Shown here in pieces: positions 20,888-30,068 of a DNA stretch of 64,000 nt; the first letter of the stretch is position 1, and each line of letters opens with the position of its first letter. This DNA is from Archaeoglobus sp. JdFR-37. GTDB taxonomy: Archaea > Halobacteriota > Archaeoglobi > Archaeoglobales > Archaeoglobaceae. The stretch spans positions 62,001 through 126,000 of the forward strand of contig MTMY01000047.1 in the NCBI GenBank assembly GCA_002010215.1, given 5' to 3'. The notes below the pieces were generated by a model, which ran no database searches, was not told the DNA's origin, and saw only the letters and a list, made by a program, of their open reading frames with translations. Made by a program: the position numbers and the translations under genes.

Positions 20888-21605
20888 TCGGGCTATAACA
20901 GTGTTCAGCCCGGACGGAAGGTTGTTTCAGGTTGAATATGCCAGAGAGGCAGTTAAAAGAGGGGCAACAGCCATTGGTGTTAAAACTACTGAGGGAGTCA
21001 TTCTTGTAGCCGACAGACGTGTGGCCAGTAAATTGCTGGAAGCCGATACAATTGAGAAGATATACAAGATAGATGAGCATGTTTGTGCTGCCACTTCTGG
21101 TTTGGTTGCTGATGCTAGGGTTTTGATAGATCGGGCAAGACTGGAGGCCCAGATCAATAAACTGACCTATGACGAGCCAATAAGTGTTAAGGAGCTTGCA
21201 AGGAAAATCTGCGATTTCAAGCAGCAGTACACCCAGTATGGAGGCGTCCGCCCCTTCGGTGTTTCACTCCTGATCGCTGGCGTTGATGAAAAGCCAAAAC
21301 TCTATGAAACCGACCCAAGCGGTGCGTTGCTGGAATATAAAGCAACGGCAATCGGAGCGGGAAGGAATGTCGTCCTTGAATATTTCGAGAAGGAATATAG
21401 TGATGATATCAGTTTTGAAGATGCAATAATAAAAGCCCTCGTAGCCATGGGTAAGGCCATTGAGGGCGAATTGAGCGTTAGCGGAATTGAAATGGGTATT
21501 GTTAAGGTGGAAGATAAGAAGTACAGGGAAGTAATCGGAGAAGAGCTTGAAAAATACCTTGAGAAAGCCAACGAGATCATAAGGAGTGAACTCTCCAAAC
21601 AGTAA
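20862..21605 (+). CDS. psmA: Proteasome subunit alpha
   Basis: [24 protein letters not shown] motif. Confidence 0.98.
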   Translation: MHLPQMGYDRAITVFSPDGRLFQVEYAREAVKRGATAIGVKTTEGVILVADRRVASKLLEADTIEKIYKIDEHVCAATSGLVADARVLIDRARLEAQINKLTYDEPISVKELARKICDFKQQYTQYGGVRPFGVSLLIAGVDEKPKLYETDPSGALLEYKATAIGAGRNVVLEYFEKEYSDDISFEDAIIKALVAMGKAIEGELSVSGIEMGIVKVEDKKYREVIGEELEKYLEKANEIIRSELSKQ

Positions 21606-21616
21606 GGTGTCCGGAA

Positions 21617-22324
21617 ATGGTATCTCTGGACAAGGCAGTGATTGCACGGCTTAAGAAGGGAGGAGAGAATTTCGAGGTTCTCGTAGACCCATATCTGGCA
21701 AAGGATCTGAAGGAAGGTAAGGAAGTTGATATGGGGGAGCTTCTTGCAGCAGAAGAAGTGTTCCATGATGCAAAGAAAGGGGAGAGAGTTAGCAGCGAAG
21801 ACCTGATGAAATTTTTCGGGACGACCAACGTTAAAGAAGTGGCAGAGAAGATAATAAGGGAAGGTGAGGTTCAGATAACTGCTGAACAGAGGAAGGAGAT
21901 GCAGGAACAGAAAAGAAAGCAGATAGTGGATTTCATAAGGCGAAATACCATAGATCCGAGAACTGGCGCTCCTCATCCTCCTACACGTATAGAAATGGCG
22001 ATGGAAGAGGCTAAAATCCATATTGACATCTTCAAACCCATTGAAGCCCAGATTAAAGACATAGTCAAGTCCTTAAAGCCAATATTGCCCCTGAAGTTTG
22101 AGGAAATAGAGATTGCCATAAAAATTCCGCCGGAACATGTAGGAAAGGCTGTTAATACCCTCTACAGCTTTGGAAACGTAACGCAGGAAGAATGGCAGAA
22201 GGATGGGAGCTGGATATGCGTTATGAGAATACCATCTGGAATGCAGGGAGATTTGATGGATTTGCTGGGCAAAGTGGCCAAAGGAGAGGCCCAGACAAAA
22301 ATATTAAGGAGGATTCAGGGATGA
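21617..22324 (+). CDS. sbds: Ribosome maturation protein SBDS/SDO1
   Basis: FEVLVDP and [14 protein letters not shown] motifs. Confidence 0.95.
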   Translation: MVSLDKAVIARLKKGGENFEVLVDPYLAKDLKEGKEVDMGELLAAEEVFHDAKKGERVSSEDLMKFFGTTNVKEVAEKIIREGEVQITAEQRKEMQEQKRKQIVDFIRRNTIDPRTGAPHPPTRIEMAMEEAKIHIDIFKPIEAQIKDIVKSLKPILPLKFEEIEIAIKIPPEHVGKAVNTLYSFGNVTQEEWQKDGSWICVMRIPSGMQGDLMDLLGKVAKGEAQTKILRRIQG

Positions 22325-23025
22325 GTGAGAAAAGTGAGAAAAGAGTAATCGTAATGCCCGGAGACCTTGTTTCCACCAATCCGAGAGCAGCCGGTTATGG
22401 CACATATGTTGAGAACGGAAAGGTTTACGCAAGGGTTTTGGGGTTGCTTGATAAAACAGACACATCCGTAAGGATAATACCCCTTAATGGAAAATATGTC
22501 CCATCACCCAACGATGTGGTGATAGGCATAGTTCGGGAAGTAGCCGGAAACGGCTGGGTTGTTGATATAAACTGCCCTTACCAGGCTTTTCTCCCAGCTC
22601 AGGAGAACCCAGAATGCAGGCCGGGGAAGAAAGCCAACGATGTTCTTGACATAGGCGATGCAATTATAGCAAAGGTCGTCAGCATAGACCCCAAGATGAA
22701 GGTGACGCTTACAATGAAAGACAGAGTTTGTCGACCCATAAGGTTTGGAAGGATCGTCGCAATCAACCCGGCGAGGGTCCCCAGAGTCATAGGAAAGAAA
22801 GGGAGCATGATAAAGCTGCTCAAGTCCGAACTGGGAATACAGATTGTTGTTGGGCAAAATGGTCTGGTTTGGATAAGTGGAGATAGGAGAAAGGTGAACA
22901 TCGCAGAGGAGGCTATCTACATTATAGAGAGCGAAGCTCACACCGAAGGGCTGACGGACAGGATAACTGAATTTGTGAAGAGAAGAAAAGAGGAACTAGA
23001 AAAGGAAGGTACTAGAAATGGTTGA
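22321..23025 (+). CDS. rrp4: Exosome RNA-binding subunit Rrp4
   Basis: VMPGD, S1 domain and KH motif [11 protein letters not shown]. Start taken as ATG 22321, overlapping the sbds stop. Confidence 0.95.
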   Translation: MSEKSEKRVIVMPGDLVSTNPRAAGYGTYVENGKVYARVLGLLDKTDTSVRIIPLNGKYVPSPNDVVIGIVREVAGNGWVVDINCPYQAFLPAQENPECRPGKKANDVLDIGDAIIAKVVSIDPKMKVTLTMKDRVCRPIRFGRIVAINPARVPRVIGKKGSMIKLLKSELGIQIVVGQNGLVWISGDRRKVNIAEEAIYIIESEAHTEGLTDRITEFVKRRKEELEKEGTRNG

Positions 23026-23049
23026 AGTTGATTTAAGGAGGTAATTAAC

Positions 23050-23781
23050 TTGGAGGAATTGAAGCTTATTATGGATGGAAAAAGGCTTGATGGTAGAGGT
23101 TTTGATGAACTCAGGCCCATTAAAATTGAGGTTGGCGTGCTTAAGAGAGCTGATGGCTCTTGCTATCTCGAAATGGGTAGGAATAAGGTTATGGCTGCGG
23201 TTTACGGGCCGAGAGAGGTGCATCCAAAGCATCTGGCCGATCCCAGTAAGGCTATCGTGAGATACCGCTACAACATGGCACCGTTCAGCGTTGAGGAAAG
23301 GAAGAGACCTGGGCCGGACAGAAGAAGTGTTGAAATATCAAAAGTTAGTAGAGAGGCGCTGGAGACGATTATTATGACTGAAATGTTTCCCAGGAGTGCT
23401 GTGGATATATTCGTCGAGATACTCCAAGCTGATGCAGGAAGCAGAACAGCCTGCTTGAATGCTGCCAGCGTAGCACTCGTTGATGCAGGCATTCCCATGA
23501 AAGGAATCGTTACCAGCGTTGCTGTGGCTAAAGTGGATGGGCAGATTGTCTTGGATCCCATGAAGGAAGAAGACAATTACGGCGAAGCAGACATGCCCTT
23601 TGCTTTCGTAATAAGGAATGGCAAAATAGAGTCAATCGCTCTTCTCCAGATGGACGGCAATATGACGAGGGATGAAGTTAAACAGGGACTGGAGCTTGCC
23701 AAGAAAGGAGCCATGGAAATTTATCAGCTTCAAAGAGAGGCGATTATGAAAAAATATAGAACAGAGGAGGAGGAAGAATAA
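23050..23781 (+). CDS. rrp41: Exosome catalytic subunit Rrp41
   Basis: RLDGR..DELRPI, YNMAPFS and QADAGSR motifs. TTG start with AGGAGG RBS. Confidence 0.97.
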   Translation: MEELKLIMDGKRLDGRGFDELRPIKIEVGVLKRADGSCYLEMGRNKVMAAVYGPREVHPKHLADPSKAIVRYRYNMAPFSVEERKRPGPDRRSVEISKVSREALETIIMTEMFPRSAVDIFVEILQADAGSRTACLNAASVALVDAGIPMKGIVTSVAVAKVDGQIVLDPMKEEDNYGEADMPFAFVIRNGKIESIALLQMDGNMTRDEVKQGLELAKKGAMEIYQLQREAIMKKYRTEEEEE

Positions 23782-24560
23782 TGCCTGAAGATATCCTTGT
23801 TGACATCAGGAGAGATTATGTCCTCTCGAAGCTCAGGGATGGGGAGAGAATAGATGGAAGAAAGCTTGATGAATTCAGGAAGATAGAGATAAAGACCAAC
23901 GTCATTGAGAAAGCCGAGGGCTCAGCCCTTGTGAAACTCGGCGATACTCAGGTTATGGTTGGCATCAAGATGCAGCCAGGTGAGCCTTATCCCGATACTC
24001 CTGACAGGGGCGTAATTATAACGAACGCCGAGCTTGTTCCTCTCGCCTCCCCGACCTTCGAGCCTGGCCCTCCCGATGAGGGTTCAATCGAGCTTGCCAG
24101 AGTGGTTGACAGAGGTATAAGAGAAAGTAAGGCCATAAACTTGGAGAAGCTCTGCATAGAGGAAGGAGAGAAGGTGTGGATTATTTTCATCGACATACAC
24201 GCTCTCGATGACGACGGAAACCTTATGGACGCTTCAGCTCTTGCAGCAATCTCTGCATTACTTACAACAACCGTGCCAGCAGAGAAATTTGAACTTGGAG
24301 ATGACTACCCGCTTCCGGTCAGAAACCTACCTGTTTCAGTCACATCGTTACTCGTTGGCGAGAGAATACTGGTTGACCCTACAAGAGACGAGATGAGCGT
24401 CGGTAACAACTTCGTGACCATGATAACCGATCAGGACGACAACTTTGTAGGCATGCAAAAGAGCGGAACTTTCTTGCTGAGTGAGGAAAAGTTTTATGAA
24501 CTGATGGACGTCAGCATCGAGAAAGCCCGACAGATCAGAGAAATACTCAAAGATATTTAG
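23781..24560 (+). CDS. rrp42: Exosome subunit Rrp42
   Basis: RIDGRK, FEPGPPDE and LDDDGNLMDA motifs. Confidence 0.97.
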   Translation: MPEDILVDIRRDYVLSKLRDGERIDGRKLDEFRKIEIKTNVIEKAEGSALVKLGDTQVMVGIKMQPGEPYPDTPDRGVIITNAELVPLASPTFEPGPPDEGSIELARVVDRGIRESKAINLEKLCIEEGEKVWIIFIDIHALDDDGNLMDASALAAISALLTTTVPAEKFELGDDYPLPVRNLPVSVTSLLVGERILVDPTRDEMSVGNNFVTMITDQDDNFVGMQKSGTFLLSEEKFYELMDVSIEKARQIREILKDI

Positions 24561-24599
24561 AAATATTTAGGGTTACTGAAGTTATTGGGGTGTCAGAAG

Positions 24600-24866
24600 A
24601 TGGCGAGAACAAAGAAAGTTAAATCCGCTGGAAGGTTTGGTCCAAGATACGGTATCAGGGTCAGGAAAGTAGTGATTGCTATTGAAAGGGAGCAGAGGAA
24701 GAGATACGTGTGCAGAAAATGCGGCAAGAAAGCTGTTAAAAGAGCTGGAACCGGAATCTGGGTGTGCAGAAAATGCGGCCACAAGTTTGCTGGTGGGACA
24801 TACATACCGGTAACCTCTGCTACAAAGATGATGGAGCAGGCAGCTGCTAAGGCTGCAAAGGGGTGA
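24600..24866 (+). CDS. rpl37ae: 50S ribosomal protein L37ae
   Basis: AGRFGPRYG, CxxC...GIWxCxxC and FAGG motifs. Confidence 0.97.
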   Translation: MARTKKVKSAGRFGPRYGIRVRKVVIAIEREQRKRYVCRKCGKKAVKRAGTGIWVCRKCGHKFAGGTYIPVTSATKMMEQAAAKAAKG

Positions 24867-24875
24867 AAACAAAGC

Positions 24876-25016
24876 ATGCAGTACAGATGCTTGGTTTGCG
24901 GTGCTGAAGTTGACGCAGACCTTGAGAGAAACATTTTGCAGTGTGTTAAGTGTGGAAACAGAATATTGATGAAGCCAAGGCCACCAGCCTTAAAAAAGAG
25001 AGTGAAGGCCATTTAA
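24876..25016 (+). CDS. rpoP: DNA-directed RNA polymerase subunit P (Rpo12); absent from the ORF track
   Basis: Manual translation MQYRCLVCGAEVDADLERNILQCVKCGNRILMKPRPPALKKRVKAI: Zn ribbon, conserved position after rpl37ae. Confidence 0.95.
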   Translation: MQYRCLVCGAEVDADLERNILQCVKCGNRILMKPRPPALKKRVKAI

Positions 25017-25079
25017 GGCCTTAGGTCCTGTTTCAAACCCAATTAAATTTTAAATCCATAAAAATCCATAAAACACTCT

Positions 25080-25667
25080 CTAAATTCTTTTTCTGTTTTT
25101 CCTGAATATATCTAGCAAGCCCACGCCAGCCAATGCGAATACAACCATTGTCACTTCAAAGCCCGGTGATTTCTTCTCTGTAACTATTTTCTCTGGAGTT
25201 TCTGTCTTTTTCGGAGTTACTCTTGGTGTTGGTGTTTCTGTTACCCCTGAACCAGTTCCTGCGAAACTCCTAATATATTCTAGTACCTCAGATATTTCTT
25301 TATCAGACAAATCTGAAAATGCGGGCATGTTCCCCTTTCCATTCTTTATTGCATCTATCAGCTCTTCATCCGTCTCCTTTGCCCAGAATTCCTTGTTCGA
25401 AAAGTCAACACCATTCATTTTCTGGCCATCTCCCTTCTCTCCGTGGCACATGAGGCACTTCTTCTCGTATATCTCTTTTCCGGAGTCTTCGGAATCCTCA
25501 GAATCTGCGGAAGCCACAGGGATCACAGGAATCGCTATTATGGTAGCTAACACTACAAGCAAAATCAGAATTGCAGACACTCTTAGTATTCGTCTGACGT
25601 TTCCATCTATATTTACATCTATACTTACATTTTCCTTACTTCTCATCTCATCACTTTTGCTTTCCAT
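25080..25667 (-). CDS. Monohaem class I cytochrome c with PGF-CTERM archaeosortase signal
   Basis: Signal peptide, CLMCH, axial GNMP, Thr/Pro-rich linker, then SPGF + TM + basic tail. Confidence 0.88.
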   Translation of the reverse strand: MESKSDEMRSKENVSIDVNIDGNVRRILRVSAILILLVVLATIIAIPVIPVASADSEDSEDSGKEIYEKKCLMCHGEKGDGQKMNGVDFSNKEFWAKETDEELIDAIKNGKGNMPAFSDLSDKEISEVLEYIRSFAGTGSGVTETPTPRVTPKKTETPEKIVTEKKSPGFEVTMVVFALAGVGLLDIFRKNRKRI

Positions 25668-25671
25668 ACTA

Positions 25672-26553
25672 TCACCCCATAAAGACTGAGAGGAGTAGAT
25701 ACATCAGAAATACTGCCCCAAGATGGGGGCTGCTCAGCCTGAAAAGCCTATAATGGTTGGTTCGTACATTAAACAGCAATTTTACCAGCGGGTAATTTAG
25801 AAGTCCGATCATGAAGAGACTCAACCATATTGGCTCCAGCATCAAGAAGGCTGCAAAGCTGTCAGCGATATAGAGGGCCGTGAACACCAGTATCATCCTC
25901 AAAACTTTCTCTTTGTCACTGACGACTGGAAGCATCGGAACTCCTGCTTTTTTGTAATCTTCTTTGTAGAAGAGGGCAAGGCTCCAGATGTGTACGGGTG
26001 TCCAGAATATTATGAGCAGGGCCAGAATCAGGGGTTGAAAGGCTATCAACTCACCGGTCATTGCAGAGTGGGCCCCCAGAATCGGTGCAGCCCCTCCAGG
26101 AGAAGCGATCAGTATGTTGTAGGAAGTCTGAGTCTTCAGTCGGTAGTTGTAGGAAATAACAAAAACTGCCCCAATTATGCCCCAGAAGAGCACGTAGATG
26201 TTTATTGTGGCTGCAAGAATCAGACCGGAGAGCAGCAGCACCACTCCGAAAATCAACGCCTCCCTAGGGCTGACCTCTCCTTTTGGCAGAGGTCTGCTTC
26301 TTGTTCTACTCATTATGGAATCCATTTCTCTGTCTAAATAGCATGTTATGGTGTTTGTACCCATGCAGCTCAGCAATACAGATAGCGTTAGCACTCCAAG
26401 GGCCTTCGTGTTCTCTGCATCTCCACTATAAACAGAGAAAGCCTCAACTACAGCCGTCAGCAATAGCAGAGCGGACAGTTTGGGTTTTGTCAGGATGACA
26501 AAGCTCCTCGCTCTTGAAAAAAATTTAAAGAAATTATTCCAGATAGTGGCCAT
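25672..26553 (-). CDS. cyoE: Protoheme IX farnesyltransferase (heme O synthase, CyoE/CtaB family)
   Basis: LTKPK, DREMD..M.RT..RPLP.G, FWTPVHIWSLA and DYKKAGVPMLP motifs. Confidence 0.92.
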   Translation of the reverse strand: MATIWNNFFKFFSRARSFVILTKPKLSALLLLTAVVEAFSVYSGDAENTKALGVLTLSVLLSCMGTNTITCYLDREMDSIMSRTRSRPLPKGEVSPREALIFGVVLLLSGLILAATINIYVLFWGIIGAVFVISYNYRLKTQTSYNILIASPGGAAPILGAHSAMTGELIAFQPLILALLIIFWTPVHIWSLALFYKEDYKKAGVPMLPVVSDKEKVLRMILVFTALYIADSFAAFLMLEPIWLSLFMIGLLNYPLVKLLFNVRTNHYRLFRLSSPHLGAVFLMYLLLSVFMG

Positions 26554-28168
26554 ACTCGATCCCTCTGGCAAGCTTGCTGGCCATGAGGACTGCTATAATG
26601 CCGAGACCGATGTAAGCAACGGCTGACAGAGAGTATGGAATCCAGATGTTCCCGTACTGAAGGACGCTGCTGGACGAAAAGCTCCAGAGTCCAGTGGTTC
26701 CGATGAGGGCAAAGAATACGGCTAGCACAACCAAGAATGGAAAGCCCTCGAAGGTTGTAAACCAGCTCCTCTTTACCTCTGGAGGCTGATAGCTTTCGTT
26801 CTCCACCGGGAATAGCAGATGTCTCAGCATTGATGATGCAAGGTAGATATAGCCCAAGAACACCATGCCCCCTCCAATCACAATCCCAGGAACGAAGGGG
26901 AATCGGGCTTCCAGCACTTTCTGCCAGGGTTCCGCAAGAATCCAGTAGTGGTAAATCTGGACTGTTCCAGCAAGGCCGAAAGATGTAGCCAGCACTATCT
27001 GTCCCACAAACATGAGCCAGAAGGCCTTCTTACCCCATGAGACGAAGGTTCTGTCCACAGGCTTCCCTGTCAAGTCCGGGATTGCAAGATACAGCAGGGC
27101 TATTGCTCCCATTGCAAAGGCCATCATGCATTCGTGTCCGTGGCTGGGTGTAACCCAGGTTCCATGCTCCCACCAGTTAGTCCAGGGCCAGGTCTGGATT
27201 AAACCCAGAAGTGAAACGCCGACGAATCCGAATATCAGAATGCCAACCATGAAGTAGAGACTTGGAATGTTGGGGAAGGGCTGCTCGAGTTCTTTGGCAA
27301 TTTTCAGAGATTCGAGGGCCATAAGAGCTAGCGGAACAATCTCAAGAACGCTGATGACACCACCAAGCATTATCCAGAATGTGGGTGTTCCTATCCAGAA
27401 ATAGTGGTGCCCTTGTCCAACTATACCAGAAGTTGCAGCCAATATCACGTCGTAGAAAATATACTTATCAACCACCTTCCTGACCCTCGGATCAGGGATT
27501 ATCAGCATCAGAACTAGACCTATTGCCCCCGCATATGCGATTTCCAAGGCTCCTTCCACCCAGTAGTGAACTGTCCACCATCTGAAGTACTCACTGGTAA
27601 CCACGCTCTTGAAGAACAGGTTGCCTGGGATGTAGAGTAAGAAAGTGCCAGCTGCTCCAATCACAAGTGCCCACAGGGCTAGAGGCCACTCTCTCGGGCT
27701 GGGCAGGGTTTTTTGAACCACCAATGCAACAATCATGAAGCCTATGAAAATCAAGATGTCCCACAGCCTTCCTGCCTCAACATACTCCTTGCCTTCAACC
27801 AGCATTGGCTGATTTGCAACCCATATATTGTTCCCAGTCTGCATAACCGGCAGGGTTGCGAATATGCCTATGGTCACTAAAACCAACACCACTGCCAGCA
27901 ACTTAACCAGTCCCTGCCCCCATAAGTCTCTCTTAGACAGCATGGGTGTCATGTAGAACACAGCTGCAAAGGTAGCAGAGAAAAGCCAGAGTATCAGTGC
28001 ATTCAAGTGATAGGCTCTTATTAGGTTGAAATTTGCTATGCCCGATAACAGATCTGGGTTAATGTAGTAGAAGGCTAGAAATCCTCCGGCAATTAACTGA
28101 ACCAGAAACAATACCAGCGCTACAACAGCAAAGGGCAGTGCAAGCATTTGGGATCTGTACTCAGGCAT
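26534..28168 (-). CDS. norB: Nitric oxide reductase catalytic subunit (cNOR NorB)
   Basis: Heme-copper oxidase fold with H ligands: RAYHLN, HYWVEGALE (FeB Glu), GQGHHYFWIG, SVLE, SHGH; also GKEYVE loop. No qNOR N-terminal domain. Confidence 0.9.
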   Translation of the reverse strand: MPEYRSQMLALPFAVVALVLFLVQLIAGGFLAFYYINPDLLSGIANFNLIRAYHLNALILWLFSATFAAVFYMTPMLSKRDLWGQGLVKLLAVVLVLVTIGIFATLPVMQTGNNIWVANQPMLVEGKEYVEAGRLWDILIFIGFMIVALVVQKTLPSPREWPLALWALVIGAAGTFLLYIPGNLFFKSVVTSEYFRWWTVHYWVEGALEIAYAGAIGLVLMLIIPDPRVRKVVDKYIFYDVILAATSGIVGQGHHYFWIGTPTFWIMLGGVISVLEIVPLALMALESLKIAKELEQPFPNIPSLYFMVGILIFGFVGVSLLGLIQTWPWTNWWEHGTWVTPSHGHECMMAFAMGAIALLYLAIPDLTGKPVDRTFVSWGKKAFWLMFVGQIVLATSFGLAGTVQIYHYWILAEPWQKVLEARFPFVPGIVIGGGMVFLGYIYLASSMLRHLLFPVENESYQPPEVKRSWFTTFEGFPFLVVLAVFFALIGTTGLWSFSSSSVLQYGNIWIPYSLSAVAYIGLGIIAVLMASKLARGIEYGHYLE

Positions 28169-28172
28169 ACTA

Positions 28173-28844
28173 TCACCCCCTCGCATACCAATAAAACATT
28201 CCAAAGACCAGAAACACCGTAAACACCACTGTCAGCACCCAGTAAACGAGCCATGCGTCAAAGCTTTCGTACCACCTCACTGCATTCTTATCGAAGCTGG
28301 AGGCAAAGCTATAGTCATTGTCTTTCATAGGTGGCCAGTTGTTGGTGTTCAGATCTTTCAGATAGAGCATCCAAGCAGTCAGGGCATCGATTTCTTCATC
28401 TGACAAGTGGAAGGGCATGAACTTGGTTCCAGCGTAGGCAGAGAGCAGGGATTTGATATTGTCTCCATCTCCAGCCTTTCTGGCAACGTATGTCAGTTCG
28501 GGAGCATAGTATGCTCCATTACCCACGATAGTGTGGCAGCCCATGCAGTTGTAGTCGATGGCCACCTTCCACCCCTCGAGAGCAGTTGAACCTCTATAGG
28601 TTATAACCTCTGGGTCTGGGTTTCTCCCAGGATCAATGGACAGTGGCGTCAGTATCACAATCAGTAGAATGGCGAAGGCCACCATGAACTTTCCAAGCCT
28701 CTCGAAGGGTATTTCCTCCGCTTCAGCCCTCTTTGCCTTTCTGGCATAATGGACGTACAGAATCAATGCCGCTGCTATTCCCGCTATAAAGGCACTGAAA
28801 AAGAATATTTCATAGGCGTACGTCATGGTGTAATTTTTATTCAT
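28173..28844 (-). CDS. norC: Nitric oxide reductase cytochrome c subunit NorC
   Basis: NCMGCHTIVGNGAYYAPELT, axial FMP and NTNNWPP, all NorC-type motifs; directly upstream of norB. Confidence 0.9.
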   Translation of the reverse strand: MNKNYTMTYAYEIFFFSAFIAGIAAALILYVHYARKAKRAEAEEIPFERLGKFMVAFAILLIVILTPLSIDPGRNPDPEVITYRGSTALEGWKVAIDYNCMGCHTIVGNGAYYAPELTYVARKAGDGDNIKSLLSAYAGTKFMPFHLSDEEIDALTAWMLYLKDLNTNNWPPMKDNDYSFASSFDKNAVRWYESFDAWLVYWVLTVVFTVFLVFGMFYWYARG

Positions 28845-28860
28845 AATTAATTTCTTAATT

Positions 28861-28934
28861 TTCCCTAAAATTTAAGGGTATAATCCTTTTAAATATCAGT
28901 TTTCGGTCACAATCTTCCCTAAAATTTACGGGAA
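28861..28934. promoter_or_regulatory. Two copies of a 20-bp imperfect palindrome in the divergent norC/hemerythrin promoter
   Basis: TTCCCTAAAATTTAAGGGTA (28861-28880) and TTCCCTAAAATTTACGGGAA (28915-28934), 18/20 identical. Confidence 0.65.
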
Positions 28935-28966
28935 ATGGTTGATATACTTAACAGTGTTAAATTTGA

Positions 28967-29467
28967 ATGGTGTCGGGTATGGTTGAGCTTGACCCAATTG
29001 CAGAATTTAGAGAAGATCATAGAAAGGTGAGAGATGGATTGCTTGGGCTTGCAGATGCCCTTGAATCCAAGAATATTGGAAAAGCGGGAGAAATCCTTGG
29101 AGAGTTGAACAATTTGCTTGGGCCTCACTTCAGATTTGAAGAAGAAGCTTTGTACCCAGCCCTCAGGAGATTTTTAGGTGAATATGTGGATGAACTTTTG
29201 AAAGAGCATGATGGGGCGATAGAAGCAGCAAAAGAGCTTGCAAGATTGATCGGAAAAGGTGAAATTGGAGATGATGAGGCAAAGGAGGCTGCCAGCAAAA
29301 CAAGAGCACTTTTGGTGCATGTTTCTAACTGTGATGGATTAGCTATACTGGCTGAGAGGCTTGATGCTGCTGAAATTCAGAATCTTGGCAGAAAATTTGC
29401 TGAAATTAGAGATGAAGGAATCCCATTACTCGACTGGGCTGAGAAAATCAGGAAAAAGGGATCTTGA
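28967..29467 (+). CDS. Hemerythrin-like (HHE) di-iron protein
   Basis: EDH, HFRFEEEALYP and KEH motifs, plus a final HVSNCD. Confidence 0.85.
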   Translation: MVSGMVELDPIAEFREDHRKVRDGLLGLADALESKNIGKAGEILGELNNLLGPHFRFEEEALYPALRRFLGEYVDELLKEHDGAIEAAKELARLIGKGEIGDDEAKEAASKTRALLVHVSNCDGLAILAERLDAAEIQNLGRKFAEIRDEGIPLLDWAEKIRKKGS

Positions 29468-29889
29468 TGAGCAACAATCTTGCCATAATTTTTCATAGCG
29501 GAACATATGATCGGGTCAATCACGGATTGTCCTTAGCTTTAGCCTCTCTGGCCATGGGAAATAAGGTGAGGATGTTCTTTACCCACCTTTCTCTGAAATA
29601 CCTGATCAAAAACGAGTCAGAATCAGATTTTATGGCCCTTCTTACCTTCAGTGAAGATGATGAGTATTACAAAACCAGATTCGAGAACTTTCTAAGGGAA
29701 GGCCATATCCACAGCATTCAGGAGTTACTAAAGGAGTGCAAAACCCTGAAAGGGGAGATTTACGTTTGTGCAGCGTCGATGGCCCTTCTAAACATCACAA
29801 GGGATGAGCTTATTCCTGAAGTAGACAAGACAGCTGGCATAACCACCTTCCTGTCAGAGGTTAACGGTTTTCAGATTTTGTTTATTTGA
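29464..29889 (+). CDS. DsrE/DsrF-like (DsrE2/peroxiredoxin-like) protein
   Basis: AIIFHSG.YDR, V.MFFT, YVCAASM and AGITTFL...LFI motifs. Overlaps the hemerythrin stop. Confidence 0.8.
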   Translation: MMSNNLAIIFHSGTYDRVNHGLSLALASLAMGNKVRMFFTHLSLKYLIKNESESDFMALLTFSEDDEYYKTRFENFLREGHIHSIQELLKECKTLKGEIYVCAASMALLNITRDELIPEVDKTAGITTFLSEVNGFQILFI

Positions 29890-30068
29890 TTTTACCTGAT
29901 TTTACTAAAATCTGTTTTGAAATCCTTTTTGAACCTCTGAAGGGAGTTTCACAATCTTATAATCTTAAACCCAATTACTTTAAATCTCCTACCATCATCA
30001 AATCTACTCCAAGAAAGTTGTAATATCAGAAATCTGAAAACTGGAAAAATTCGAGAAAAAAATTATGG

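Noticed and set aside
21302..22021. 239-aa minus-strand ORF
   Set aside because: Antisense shadow of psmA/sbds with no motifs; the same applies to the many other short antisense ORFs in the track.
22192..22320. N-terminal extension of Rrp4 in the ORF track
   Set aside because: Overlaps sbds; ATG 22321 coupled to the sbds stop is the sensible start.
26534..28168. NorB as a cbb3/aa3 oxygen reductase or NO dismutase
   Set aside because: Retains the HxWVEG Glu and all three FeB His, and pairs with a NorC-type cytochrome, so NOR is better supported.
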